In this document: piece after piece, positions 23,310 through 37,100 of the stretch
Numbering within the stretch: the first letter of the stretch is position 1
Layout: each line of letters opens with the position of its first letter
DNA from: Rebecca billardiae RCC1528
Taxonomy: Eukaryota > Protista > Haptophyta
Assembly (NCBI GenBank): GCA_965240325.2
Contig: OZ251249.1
Coordinates: 868,001-932,000 of the forward strand
Direction of reading: 5' to 3'
Length of the DNA: 64,000 bases
The notes under the pieces: model-generated
Seen by the model: the letters and a program-made list of their open reading frames with translations, nothing else
The model's database searches: none
Told to the model about the DNA's origin: nothing
Made by a program: the position numbers and the translations under genes

Positions 23310-24592
23310 GGCGGCGGCGGGCTGGCCGACTGGGAGGCGGAAATTTTCGGAAAGTTCCGAGTGGGCGAGGAGGTGGAGGCGATGGACCTGACTGTGCGCG
23401 CGCGCGCGCGCACCGTGCGCGCGCCGTGCGGGGGTGCCGCCGCCGCCGCACGCGCCGCCCCGCGCGCGCCCCGTGCGCTGAGGCGCGGCGCGCACGCCGC
23501 CGCCGCACGCCGCGCCGCCGCCGCCGCGCCGCCGCCGCGCCGCCGCCGCCGCCGCCGCCGCCGCACCGCCTCAGGACGCGTGGTACCGCGGCACGATCGT
23601 GGACGTGACGAGCGGCAAGGTGTGCGTCTCCTTCCACGGCTTCTCCAACGTACGCGCGCGCACGCACGCGCACGCGTCGCGCGCGCCACGCCGCACACAG
23701 CGGCCGCGCCGCGCCGCGGCCGCGCCGCCGAGCGCGGCGCGCGCCGCGCCGCCGCCCGCGCCGCCGCTCACGGCTGGCGGCGCGGCGCGCGGCGCGCGGC
23801 GCGCGGCGGTGGGGCGCACGACGCGTGCGTGCGCAGGACTGGAACGAGTGGATCGCGATCACGTCGGGCCGAGTGTTCCTCGTCGACCGTCAGACCGAGG
23901 CGCACTCTGCCCCCTCGATGTGCGACGGCTGCGGCCGCATCCTGACCGCCAGCCAGCTCGGTGCGCCACCGCCGCCACCGCCGCCGCCGCCGCGCCGCCG
24001 CGCCGGCTGCTGCCGAGGCACAGCGCGCGGCGCCGCGCGGCGTGCTTGGCCGCAGCATCGCACGGCGGGGCCGCGCGCCGCGCGGCGCCGCGCGCCCGAC
24101 GCCCGACGCCCCGCCCGCTCCCGCCGCGCTCACGCCCCCGCCGCGCCGCGCCGCGCCGCCGTGCCGCCGCCGCGGCCCCTTCCCGCGCGCGCGCAGACGC
24201 GCACAAGCGCACGTGCGCGCGCTGGGCGGCGGTGGCGCAGGAGAAGGCACTGCTTCAGCCAGAGCTCAAGATGGCGGCGGCGGGCGGCAGCGCGGGGGCG
24301 GCCGAGGGCGCCACTGCTGTGAGTGGCGGGGCGGCTGCCGCCGACGCGCCCGCCGCGGCCGCGGACGCGGCGCCGCGCTCGGCCGGCGCCAAGCGCGCCG
24401 CCAGCGGCGCCGCCGACGCGGCCGCGGCGGGCGGCCGGTCGGGCGCCAAGCGGCCGAAGGGCGGTGCCGTCGCCGCCGCGGCCGCCGCCGCCGCCGCTGC
24501 CGCCGCCGCCGCCGCCGCGAGCGCCGCGGCGCCGGCCGCCGCGGACGCCAGCGCCGCGTGCGCGAGCGCGTCCGCGCACCCGCCGCCTCCCA

Positions 24593-24626
<34 letters not shown>

Positions 24627-25149
24627 CGGCACGCCAGCGCTCCACTTTGGTGCGCCCATGGCTGTGGCGCGCGCGGCGGCGGTGGTTCGCGGGCAGCCGC
24701 TGCGGCCGGCGGCGCCGCTGCGCGACGCGGGCGTCGGCGCGGTGCTGCTGCCCTCGCTCAAGGGCGCCGCCGCGCTCGAGAGCGACCAGCGCAAGCTGCT
24801 CGAGGCGGCGACGCGCGCGGCCGCGGCGCTGGCGCACCGCTCGCCGCCGGCCGGCGCGGCCGAGGCGCGCGGCGGCGCGGCCGCGGCCGCGGCGGCCGAC
24901 GCGGCGGCCGAGGCGGCGGACGCGGAGATGGCGGAGGCGGCGGAGGAGGACACGGACGGCGGGCGGCTCGGGAGCGGCGCGGGGCTGGGTGGCTCGGGCG
25001 CGGACGCCGCCGCCGAGCCGGGTGACGGCGCGGCTGCCGCCGCCGCCGCCGTCGCCGCCGCCGGCGGCGCGCCCGGCGCCGGCGGCGCTCCGCCGGGCCG
25101 CGAGCCGTCGCCGCCGCCGGAGGAGGACGAGTACAGCGACTACGACTAG
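19076..25149 (+). CDS. Multidomain nucleic-acid-binding protein (CCHC knuckle, DCD-like, AP2, NUMOD1/HTH-like, Tudor/chromo-barrel-like, C2HC fingers), 5 exons: 19076-22603, 22824-23393, 23575-23649, 23837-23960, 24197-25149
   Basis: Motifs: CYNCGQSGHQSKMC; VYLFNLRVRKLLGPFRA; SGYKGVY...WEAQV...LGVFPSAREAAIAY; SMAEFCKEKGLSSSSMSK|VAGGRLQHCRGWRC; FRVGEEVEAMDLT|DAWYRGTIVDV...VSFHGFSN|DWNEWI; CDGCGR...L|DAHKRTC. All joins are GT-AG and in frame. Confidence 0.75.
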
Positions 25150-25452
25150 CGGAGTCCGGGCGGACGGGCGCTCGGTGCGCCGGGCCTGCGGTGTGCTCGC
25201 CGCTGAGGCCCGGTGCTGACGACGGTGGCGCCGTCGTGCGCACGACCATCGACCATCAGCCACGCCTGCGCACGGGGCGGGAGTAGGGGCGCCATCGTGT
25301 ACTGCACTTGAGAGTCCGGCGCTTGTTTAGTAGTGTGCCGCAGTGCCGGACTACTCCAGCAGCCCCCGGTGGAAGTTGAAAGCAGAACAGGCGCGCCGCG
25401 CCAGGCGGCAGAGTGCTGGCGTGCGTTGGGCTTCGCTCGCGGGCGCTGGGAG

Positions 25453-27676
<2,224 letters not shown>

Positions 27677-28025
27677 GCCTGGGCCGCGCGCGCGCACGAA
27701 CGCCGCCACCCGCTGCTGGAAAATGAATGAATTCATGCAACTCATTATTCATCGTCGTCGTCGATCTATATATGATTTATAACGACACAGGTAGGACGGC
27801 GCAGGTCTGCTCCTGATTCGTCGTCGGCAGTGCAGCATGCCCGATATCGTCGACACGAAGTCGGCGCGCTGATATGGTGGCGAGCTGCTGGAGCGCGATC
27901 CACCTGCGCTGCGCGGCTCGCATGGACCTGCTGTGCCCCGAGCGAGGGCGAGGGCGCAGGTCCGGATGTCAGCCGACGGCCGTCTCAGCCGCTGGGCCCT
28001 GGCAGCGGGTGATCCGGCGGTGATG

Positions 28026-28734
28026 TCAGTCGTCCCTGCCCGTGTTATCGGCCCTGCGCGGGCCGCGTGCGCGCTTGCCGCTCTGCTCAGCTGGCTTGCT
28101 GGCGGCGGCTGGCGCTGCTGCGGCGTGCAGGGTACGCTTTGCCCCCGACTGCTGCGCATCCTCGTCGTCCGAGTCGTCGTCCATAGGCGAGCAGTCTCGG
28201 TCCGCGTGGGGGACAGCAGCTGGAGCAGGCGCAGGCCGCTGCGGGCATAGAGGCCGCCAGCCGCGCCGCCTTGCGCTCCTGGCGTTTCTCGACGGCGCGC
28301 CGCGACGAGGTGCGGCGGCTCGATGGAGATCGAATCCGCCTGCCCTGCGCGTCACGCCGAGGCCCGCGCTTCCCGCGCCGAGGCTTCTTCTTCCGCTTCT
28401 GAAAGTGCTGCTGCTCGCCGTTTGCAGCCTGCACTCCAGTACCCGAGCCCTGCGCGGCGAGCGGGCGCGCCGGCGGAGCCGACTTGCGCGCTCGGCGCGG
28501 GGCGGGATGCAGGGGAGCTTTAGAAGGCGCGCCACCACCTCCCTCGCGCCGCTGGCTGCCACCAGCGGGGGTTCCCTGTGGAGAAGCATCAGGCCCTTGC
28601 GCATCAGGCGGACGCACAGCCACCGTCAGACGGACACTCCCATCTGGCAGGAGGGAGATGTGCACCGCGCGCGGGAGGCCGTCGGCGGCGGTGAGCCTTG
28701 CTGCGTCACGCCAAAGGCGGACGTAGAGGCGCAC
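28026..28734 (-). pseudogene. Frameshifted basic/low-complexity ORF relic, possibly TE-derived
   Basis: A Lys/Arg-rich frame (QKRKKKPRRGKR...KRQERKAARLAA) continues as MDDDSDDEDAQQSGAKR in another frame after ~28235. Confidence 0.3.
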
Positions 28735-29160
28735 TCAACGATCCGACAGCCCCTCGGGCACAGCAGCGCAGTCACGTCGAGGTCGTCCTGCCTGTGCGAT
28801 GCAAAAAAAACGAAGCAATTTCACTCGGCGCGGATTTCGATGCCCACGTATGTCAATTATTGTGGTGGGTACGGGCCGTTGAGCATTCGAGCCTGCGATG
28901 AATATGGAATATGACCGGTATTTTCAGCAGTTGCCAACGATTGGCTCACCGGCGCCGGTGGGGAGCTCCTTAATGACGTACAAGACCAATCAGCAGTAAA
29001 TAGTGGCGTTTCCGAAGGCTGTGCTTGCCGATTACACACAACGGAATCGCGGAACGTCGGAATCGTACAGTATCCAAACCAGCGGTCGATTCGTGCGTGA
29101 CTGCGTGAGCGTGGGTAGGGTCTCGGCAGCACCCCCTACGCCGCACCCCGCCCCGCGGCC

Positions 29161-30271
29161 ATGCGGCCGACCTGCGGGCCCGTCTCGCCGGCGGACATCG
29201 AGTCCGGGCCGCCTTCGTTCCGCCCCGCGCGCACCGACCCCGCGAGCGGCGCCGCCGAGCCCGACGGCGGCGCGGGCGGCGAGGCGGCGCGGCTGCGCGC
29301 GCAGCTCGAGCGCGCGCGCGCGACCGGCCGGCGGCGGCAGCGGCGCGTGCAGCTGCCGCTGCTCGGCGCGGGGCTGGTGAGCCTGCTCATCGGCGTCTTC
29401 TCGCAGCTCGTCCTCCTGCCCGACGCCGCCATGCGCGCCTTCCGCCTCTTCTCGCTCGCGGGCGCGGCGTGCGCGGCGCTCGCGCTGCTGCCGACCGACC
29501 GCCGCGCGATCCCGCTGACGGCGGCTGTGCTCTGGGTGGTCGCCGTGACCGCCGCGGTGTTCCGGGTGCTCTCCGTGCTCGCCCTCCGCGCTAGCGCCCC
29601 GTGCCTCGGCTGCCTCCACCTCCACGCCGTCTGGCTGCTCTGCGACGCGCTGCTCGGCGCGTGCCTTGCGCTCAGCTCCGCGCGGCTGCTCGCCATCGTT
29701 CTCGACGCGGCCGCGGCGGGCGTGTGCGGCGGGTGCGGCGCGTGGCTCGCGGCGGCGCTGGCCGCGGCGCTGCGCGCCGAGCTGGGCACCTCGCGCCGAC
29801 GCCTCGCCTACCTCTGGCGCGCCCTCGGCCACCACCTCCTCGCCACCGCGCCCATCGTCGCCGCGCGCGAGCTGTGGACGCACGCGCACGCGGCCGCGCG
29901 CGCGCCGCCGCCGGTGGTCGGACTGATCGTGGTGACGACGGCGATGCACTTCGGCGTGGGCTGGCTCGGGCTCTCGCCGGGCGCGCGCAGCCACGTGCAG
30001 TGCTGGCTCCAGTCGCGCGGCGAGGCCGTCGAGTCCGCCGCCACCGTCGCCGCCCTCCTCGGCGAGTGGTCGCCGCAGCACGCGACGGCGCGCGCGCGGC
30101 AGCTGTTTGTAACAGTCGCGCCCGGAACGGTGCCGGTGGTGGCGCTGCGGCAGGCGGCGCGCCCCGGCGGCGGCGTGGGCGGCGGCCGGCCGTGGCCGCG
30201 CGCGCGCGCGCGACGCTCCGTCCAGTGGGCGCTCGAGCTGCGCCTCTCGCGGCCGAGCGACGGCGGCGGCT

Positions 30272-30311
<40 letters not shown>

Positions 30312-32137
30312 CTGCGGCGATCGCGGCCGCGCGGCCGCGGCCGAGTCGGATGCTGCCGCCCTCAGCCCCACGGCCGTGCAGCGCACGCGCGCGCTGTACC
30401 AGCGGGTGCTCGCCTCGCCGTGCCGGCTGGGCGAGTGCGACGCCTTCATCAGGTGAGCGAGCGCCCGCCCTGCGCGCGGCTGTGCCGTGCCGCCGCCGCC
30501 GCGCCGAGAGCCGCCGTGCAGAGCCGCCGCGCCGCGCCGCGCGCGCGCGCTGTGTTCGCTCGCGCCCTCCCGACCCGAGCCCCACCCCGCGCCCACGCGA
30601 CCCGCGCCCCGCCGCGCGCGCCCGCAGCCACTCGTGGCACGACGACCCGGCGCCCAAGGTGGCGGCGCTGCGCGCGTGGCACGCGCGCTTCGCGAGCGCG
30701 CACGGCCGCGCGCCGCGCGTGTGGCTGGACGCGCTGTGCCTTGGGGCAGACGCGCCCGCGGAGGCGCTCGCGTGCCTGCCGCTGTTCCTCACCGGGAGCG
30801 CGCGCTTCGTCGCGCTGGTCGGCCCGACGTGGGCCGAGCGCCTCTGGTGCCTCGTCGAGGTGCGCGCGCGCCGCGGCGTGCGCGCGCGCGCCGCGGCGTG
30901 CGCGCGCGCGCCGCGCGCCGCGTCCGCTGCCGCGGCCGGCGCGGGCGCGCGGGCGCGACGCCCGATGCGTGCGCACGTGCGCGCGCGCACGCCTGCCTGC
31001 TAACCCTAACCCTAACCCTAACCCTAACCCTACCCCCGGCTGCGTGCGCAGCTCTCCGTCTTCGTCGCGATGGGCGGCAGCGAGGAGGACGTCGAGCTCA
31101 TCTTCCTGCCCCCGCCCTCGCCCAGCCCCGACGCGTGGCCCGGCGGCCGCCGCCCGCACCAAGTGCCAGAGGCGGCGGGGGCGGCGGCGCGCGCGCGTGG
31201 CGGCGGGGCGGGCGGCGGGGCTGGCGCGGAGCCGCGCGCGCTCGGGCCGCAGCCGCAGCCGCAGCGGGCGCGCACCCGCGCGGTGGCGGCGGCGGTGCAG
31301 CGCATGTCGCGCGCGCACACGGCGCCGCCGTCCCGAAGCCGAACGCCGCCGCGGCCGCGCGCGCGCGCGCGCACGCCGCCGCGCGCGCGCGCGCCGCCTC
31401 GGCCGCGCGCGCCGCCCCGCACCGTGCCCGCGTGGGCGGCGGCGGTCGGCGGCGGTCCCGAGGGCGCGAGCGCGGCGCATCCGCGCGGCGCGGACACGCC
31501 GGCGGTGGCGCTGCTCGGCAAGGCCTCCGCGCAGCGCGCGGCGCCGCCCCCGCCGGCCGACTGCGCGTTCGTGCGGCGCACGGCCACGCGGCTCCAGCGC
31601 GTGGCCGTGGCGCGCGCGCGCTGCTCCAACAGAGCCGACCGCGACCGCTTGCTGTCGACGGTGGAGGCGGGCTTTGGCGGGCTCGGCGCGTACGACGTGC
31701 ACATCCGCGCACTGCTCGCGCGCCGCACCGCCGCGGCGGGCGTGACCGCCGCGCCTCCCCAGCCGGAGGCGGGCGCAGGCCACGAGCTCCCGGCAGCGCG
31801 CGGCGGCGACGACGGCGCGGCCTCGCCGCGCGCTGGGCGCGCCGGCGCCGGACCGGCCGCCGCCGCCGACGGCGCGGCCGCGCGTCAACCCGCCGCCGCA
31901 GGGGCGTGCGCCGCCGCGCCTGCCGCCGCCGACGACGAGCCGCGCAGGCGGCGCACGCGCGCGCCCGCCGCCGGGGCGCAGGCGTCGGCGCGCGTCGCCC
32001 CGGTCGCCGACGTGCCGCCGCCGTCGCTAGTGGTGGCGGCGGCGGTGGCCGCAGCGGACGCGCGGCGGTGTGCGCGCGGCGCCGCCGTTATTCAGTACGC
32101 GGGTCCGCGTCGCCGCGCCGACGACGCCGACGGTTAG
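29161..32137 (+). CDS. Multi-pass membrane protein with C-terminal TIR-like domain, 3 exons: 29161-30452, 30628-30859, 31052-32137
   Basis: Several TM stretches followed by CDAFI|SHSWHD, VWLDALCL, LACLPLFL, GPTWAERLWCLVE|L and ARCS..ADRDRLL..VEAGFG. Confidence 0.8.
31000..31035 (+). repeat. Telomere-like (CCCTAA)n tract in intron 2 of the TIR gene
   Basis: Five CTAAC copies lie just upstream of the acceptor at 31051. Confidence 0.9.
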
Positions 32138-32216
32138 CCAGCCGCAGCAGGGCCGTATATTCGTACGTAGTATATAGTGCATGATGACGCGACGATGATA
32201 TGCTTATATATAAATT

Positions 32217-32269
<53 letters not shown>

Positions 32270-32737
32270 ACGACGTGGCAGCATCGGACAAGCGTCAGGC
32301 TTAGAGTGCAACAGACACATAGAATGCGTCCGCGCCTTCCGTCCAGGTCAGACAGTGCGCCACCCGCAGCCCTGCCCCCCTACGGGAGCGGGGCCGGGAT
32401 GGAGCACCGCCTCGGCCTGGGTCACGCGGCGGCGACGGCAGATGCCGCCGCGGCCGAGCGCCTTCCGGAGCACTTGGATGAGGGTGAGGTCGTAGTCGAT
32501 GTCGCCGCCCGCCGACCTAGCGGCGCCAGCAGCTCCGGCAAGCGGCAGCCGCGGCTGTCGCCCCCGTGCGCCCGCGTGGGCGCCTGGATGAGGATGAGGT
32601 CGTAGTACGCGTCGCCGCGCGCCGGCCAAGCGGCGCGCAGCTGCAGAAGAGGGGCTTGGAGAGTATATATTAACGGCGTGGTATGCAACGGGCAGGCGTC
32701 AGAGGCAGCAAGCTGTAGTATATATATGACGTCAATA

Positions 32738-34154
32738 GCGGCGCGGGTGAAAATCCCATTTTCTGGCCTGTCCGGGCGGAAAATCCGGCTGCTCGGATCT
32801 GACCGGACCGGGACCCGGACAGCACAGTATCTAGGGACCAGACACTTTTACATCTTCGTTCTCTTCGGATTTGAGCATGGGGCGGCGCCCCATTTGCACA
32901 GTCAAAAGACCGCGGGTGTAAAAGCAACCGTTGTCGAGTTCGATGTAGCGGCTGGGCGAATTAGTGAACAAAAAAACATTTCACGACTAATATCACGAGA
33001 CACTTGCGCCCACGGCCGCGATGGCGTGCCGCCGTCCACCCACGACGGAGTCGTGGACGGACATCGCTACACAGCCTACGCGACAGGCGTTGTCGTGATC
33101 GAGGTGCCCGTGCCCATTGTCGATAGCCAAACGATTGGCACGACGACCTGGCACCACATCTGCGTCAAGCGCGGCGAGGCCGTGGTCCAGCGCGTGTGCG
33201 GCAAGCTGGCCGATGTGCGGACGTCGTCGGGTGGCGCAGGGGCTCCTGCCGATGCTACCTGGCGGCTGCTGCGGGGCCTGCTGCCGTGGTCGAGCCTGAG
33301 GCAGAGGGTGAGTCAACCGCGGAGCAGCTCAACGCTTCCGAGATCGAGCTGCGCGCGGTCGGACCAGATGACGGCCCGCGGCCGTCCAAGCGCACACGCA
33401 AGGACGCCTGAGCACACGCGTTCAGTCCGAGCAAAGCCTGGTCGGCGTACGAGCGCGAGCCAGCTCAGACACGGCACGAGCGCACGCGTGACGGCTCGTA
33501 CGATGAGCTCGTCGGCTTGGTCATCGGGCTGCTGTCGCTCGTCGCCTCGCTTGTCACGTCACACTCAGCTGAGCAGAGACATCACTCCCGCCGTTCAGCT
33601 GCCATCGACGAGGACGAGGCGGCCAAGGCGGCGGCGGCTCAAACGCCTGGAGGAGGAGCACAGGAGGAGGATGAGCTCCCAGCGCTGAGCCTGTGGGGCC
33701 GCGCCGAGGCCAGGCACCGCGGCCAGCGGCTGCAGTCGCGGGTAGCTGCCGGACAGCAGCTCGGCGGCACACGCTCACTCATACGTCGATCCTCTTGCTC
33801 GAGAGTCGAGGCGGCGGGCAAGGTGCAGGCCGCACGCGAGCTTGCTGAGCGTGCGCAGGCCGAGCCGCAGCTGAGCCCCGAGGGTGCTCGGGACGCCGCG
33901 TGCGCAAGCAGGCCGCCTCGCAGCACTTGGTGCTTCGCATAATAAGTAATAACTACGCTGATACTACTACCCGTCTACCCGAAAAAATTTCTTCGTCACT
34001 GCGTGCGCTTTTTTCCCTTTCTTATTATTTTATTCCTTATTCGCGTATTAAATGCCCGCGTATTAAATGCCGCGTTTCCGCCTCCCCAGTGCGGAAGTGC
34101 GCCATAATAAATGGGAATTCCACCCAATACAGCGGGTTATCGCGGAACCGCTGC
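32738..34154. mobile_element. Relic element with degenerate ORF fragments
   Basis: Ends read TA|GCGGCG and CGCTGC|TA(TA)n. Subterminal regions are AT-rich, there is a terminal hairpin at 34130-34153, and the interior holds broken coding-like frames. Confidence 0.35.
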
Positions 34155-34170
34155 TATATATATATATATA

Positions 34171-37100
34171 TGACCGCGTTCCGCGGTCCTTTTCCGTAGA
34201 ACGAACGTAGTTCGGGGCCCGCGGTGGCGGTGCACCCTCCGTCGCAGTCGTCCCGTACACGTGTAACTAGACTCCATCCCACCTTGACTGCCCCCCAGCC
34301 CCGTTTTTGGCCGCACGATTGCGAATCTCAGAGTTACTTGGCCAGTCAATGTTTAGAGTTTTGAAGAAGGCGAAAGACTATCTGGCGGCCGAAACGAGGG
34401 ACGGCTGTCCCGATGGCGTTCCGGCCGCGAAGTCCGCCGGTGCCTTGCCCGAGGGCGGCCGATCAGTGGCGCCTAGCCCGGTCGTCCGCGCGGTTGTGTC
34501 AGCGCACGCGCCATGTGTGTGCCCCCCGCTGTCACGGCATGTTGTGCGCCAGCACCGTGGGAGCTCCTCGCCTGTTCCTGTCACTCACGGCCAAGCGACG
34601 GTGCAGAGATCTTCAGTCCGAGCCCGCGACTGCTGAACTTCTGTGATACGTGTGCGAATCCTTGCAGAAAAGCACGCTCTGCTCCCGCAAATCTACCTGG
34701 CGAACGTGCGCTGGTGTCAATACTTCACGCAGTGCACAAATGCCATGGCGAATCAGTCTTCCCTGCGTGTCACAGGCCTTGGCGTTTGCACATCGATAAG
34801 CTAACGGAGACGAGTCCCGACGAGCTGCGTATGGCTGTGGTCGCATGTATTGTGGGCGTCGAACGCCGGAGAAGGTGGTGGCTGAAGGCGATAGAAGTAT
34901 GCTCTCCCATCGGGTACAAGCCAGGCTTGGAAGACGTCTGCTTGCATCACACACACAGCTTACGCCGACCCGTGCGACGTGAAGCGCCTCAAGCGTGACG
35001 GAAGCAACCCAAGGTGCGCGCAAGGCGTGAGGAGCAGGGTGATCTAACCTTACGCGGGCCTGCTCATCTAGCAGCGCACTCAGTAGATCGCCCCCGTCCT
35101 CAGGCGCACGATGACCACCGAATCGTGAATGTGTAGACGCTGACGCGTGCCAGCTTGCGGCGAGCAGCGACCGAGTGCCGCGGACTCGGGCCTCGCGCAA
35201 GAACAAGCAGGTTTTTTTGGCGCGGAGGACGCTAGCATGACCTGCACGTACAGCGGGGAGATTGTTTGCAAGGCGTGCCCTACATACAGCTCGCGTGCCC
35301 CTCAGATATCCCGCGCGGAGAACGTCAGCAGCCCAGCATCGCAGTCCGCGCCGCAGACCCAACCACTCAGCTCCGCCCCTCGCCCACCACGAGACGGCGA
35401 GATACCGACGAAGTGGAACGGAGCGAGCTCTATTTCCTATCGGGGCTCGCGGGAGCCGATGTGATCATTTTTCATTGAGCGAAGCCCGAGCTGGCTTCCC
35501 ATTGGACGGATTGGCGGCTGCGCTACTCCGCAAGGCGAAACACTTACAGCTTCACATCCCGAAAATGCAAGTTTGGACAATAGAGTGAGGCACCCTCCTC
35601 CAATGAAATTGCTGAAAATCCCGACGAAACTTTACTGACGTACGTCAGTAAACGCAATCTCCGGGAGATATGGCCATTTCCGCCCACTGGGGTCATTCAA
35701 GGTGAGCGGCGCGCCGCCCCAGCGCCGCGCCGCCGCCGGCGTGCGCCGAGTGTGGATGTCGGTCGTCGGCCGAGCTGCCCTCATCACAGACGGCCCTTAC
35801 CTGACCCCCTGCGCGTGCGCGACGGCCGACAGGCGGATGCGACTCGGCGTGATCGACGCACGAGCGCGACTCTTGCACGCCAGGCCACCGGCGGAGCTGA
35901 CTGACTCAGCCAGGGAGCCGGACGGCGCGGGACCGCGCGGATTCGACCGTTCGTTCGGGCCTGCCGCTGACCGTCGTCGCCGCGACGCCAGCAGCGCAGG
36001 AGTAGATGATCTGCAGGTCAGTAGGGTTCGACCTGCGCGCCTGCGCGACGGCCGACAGGCGGGCGCGAGGCGTGAGCGACGCATGAGCGCGACTCTACGT
36101 GCACACTCCAGGCACCACGCGGCCGAGCTGACTGACCGCGAGCCAGGGAGCACGGTGCGAGCAGCCATGCAGCACCGGTGCTTGCGCGCGCCGCGCGTGC
36201 ACGGGGTGACACACCTCGGTCAGGCTCGGCACGCGTCGCAGAGGCACGGCCAGCTCTGGGCACGCCAGGCGCCCAGGCCACGCGGAGGCTGACAGCCACG
36301 GGGAGCCGACGGCGCGCGGGGCCGCGGCCAGTTCCGAGTTCGACTTGCGCCTGCTCTGAAGAAGAGTTCTGGGAGACCCTGGCGGAGAGGCATGGCAAGG
36401 GGGGCGTGTGGTGAAGTCGGAGACTCCGAGATCGATCAGTCCGGCATCATGCGCCGCTGCCCCCGAGCTTGCGAGACTGCCCGAACACAGGGCGGCGGCT
36501 GCGGCGGCGGCGGCGCGGCCGCGCGCCGGCCGGCCGCGCAGGCATCGACAGGGCGCGGCAGGGGCGTGCGGAGTGACTAGTGAGCGGGCACGAACGCGAT
36601 GTCGACGGCCGTCGGGACCCGCCGCAGACGCGCGCTCCAGGCGCCACTCGGCACTTGCCACGCGCACCTGCCCATCGAGCGCCCCCTTGCGGACCAACCA
36701 AGAGTCGTCGAGGCTCGCTCGCCACCCCAGCAGAAGAAACCTGCACAGCACGTCGTCCTTGCGACGACGGCAGGTTTTGAGCTCGCCAGCTCGGTAAGTC
36801 AGTGACTATGGAATGGGCTGGCAACGAATAGCTGCGCGGGTATTTTCAATAAGGCTTGCGGGTTTTAGACTCTAGATACCAACCGCCGCGAAGCCAAGTT
36901 CATATTCATCAAGGCGGAGGCAAACTATCACACATGAACGAGAGTCTACCCACAAAATCGCGCTCGTAACGAACCGTTACGTTAATGTCACGTCCAGCTG
37001 ACGTCCAGATCGCACTTTACTTAAGGGAATGAGCTGGACGCGCTTATTTTCGGCCTAATAGACCTCTCTATGCGATCTCAAAAACTCGAAACTCGGTCTC

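Noticed and set aside
34400-35460. Cys-rich fragments as a KDZ or other transposase
   Set aside because: No catalytic motif is recognisable and the frames are short and broken.
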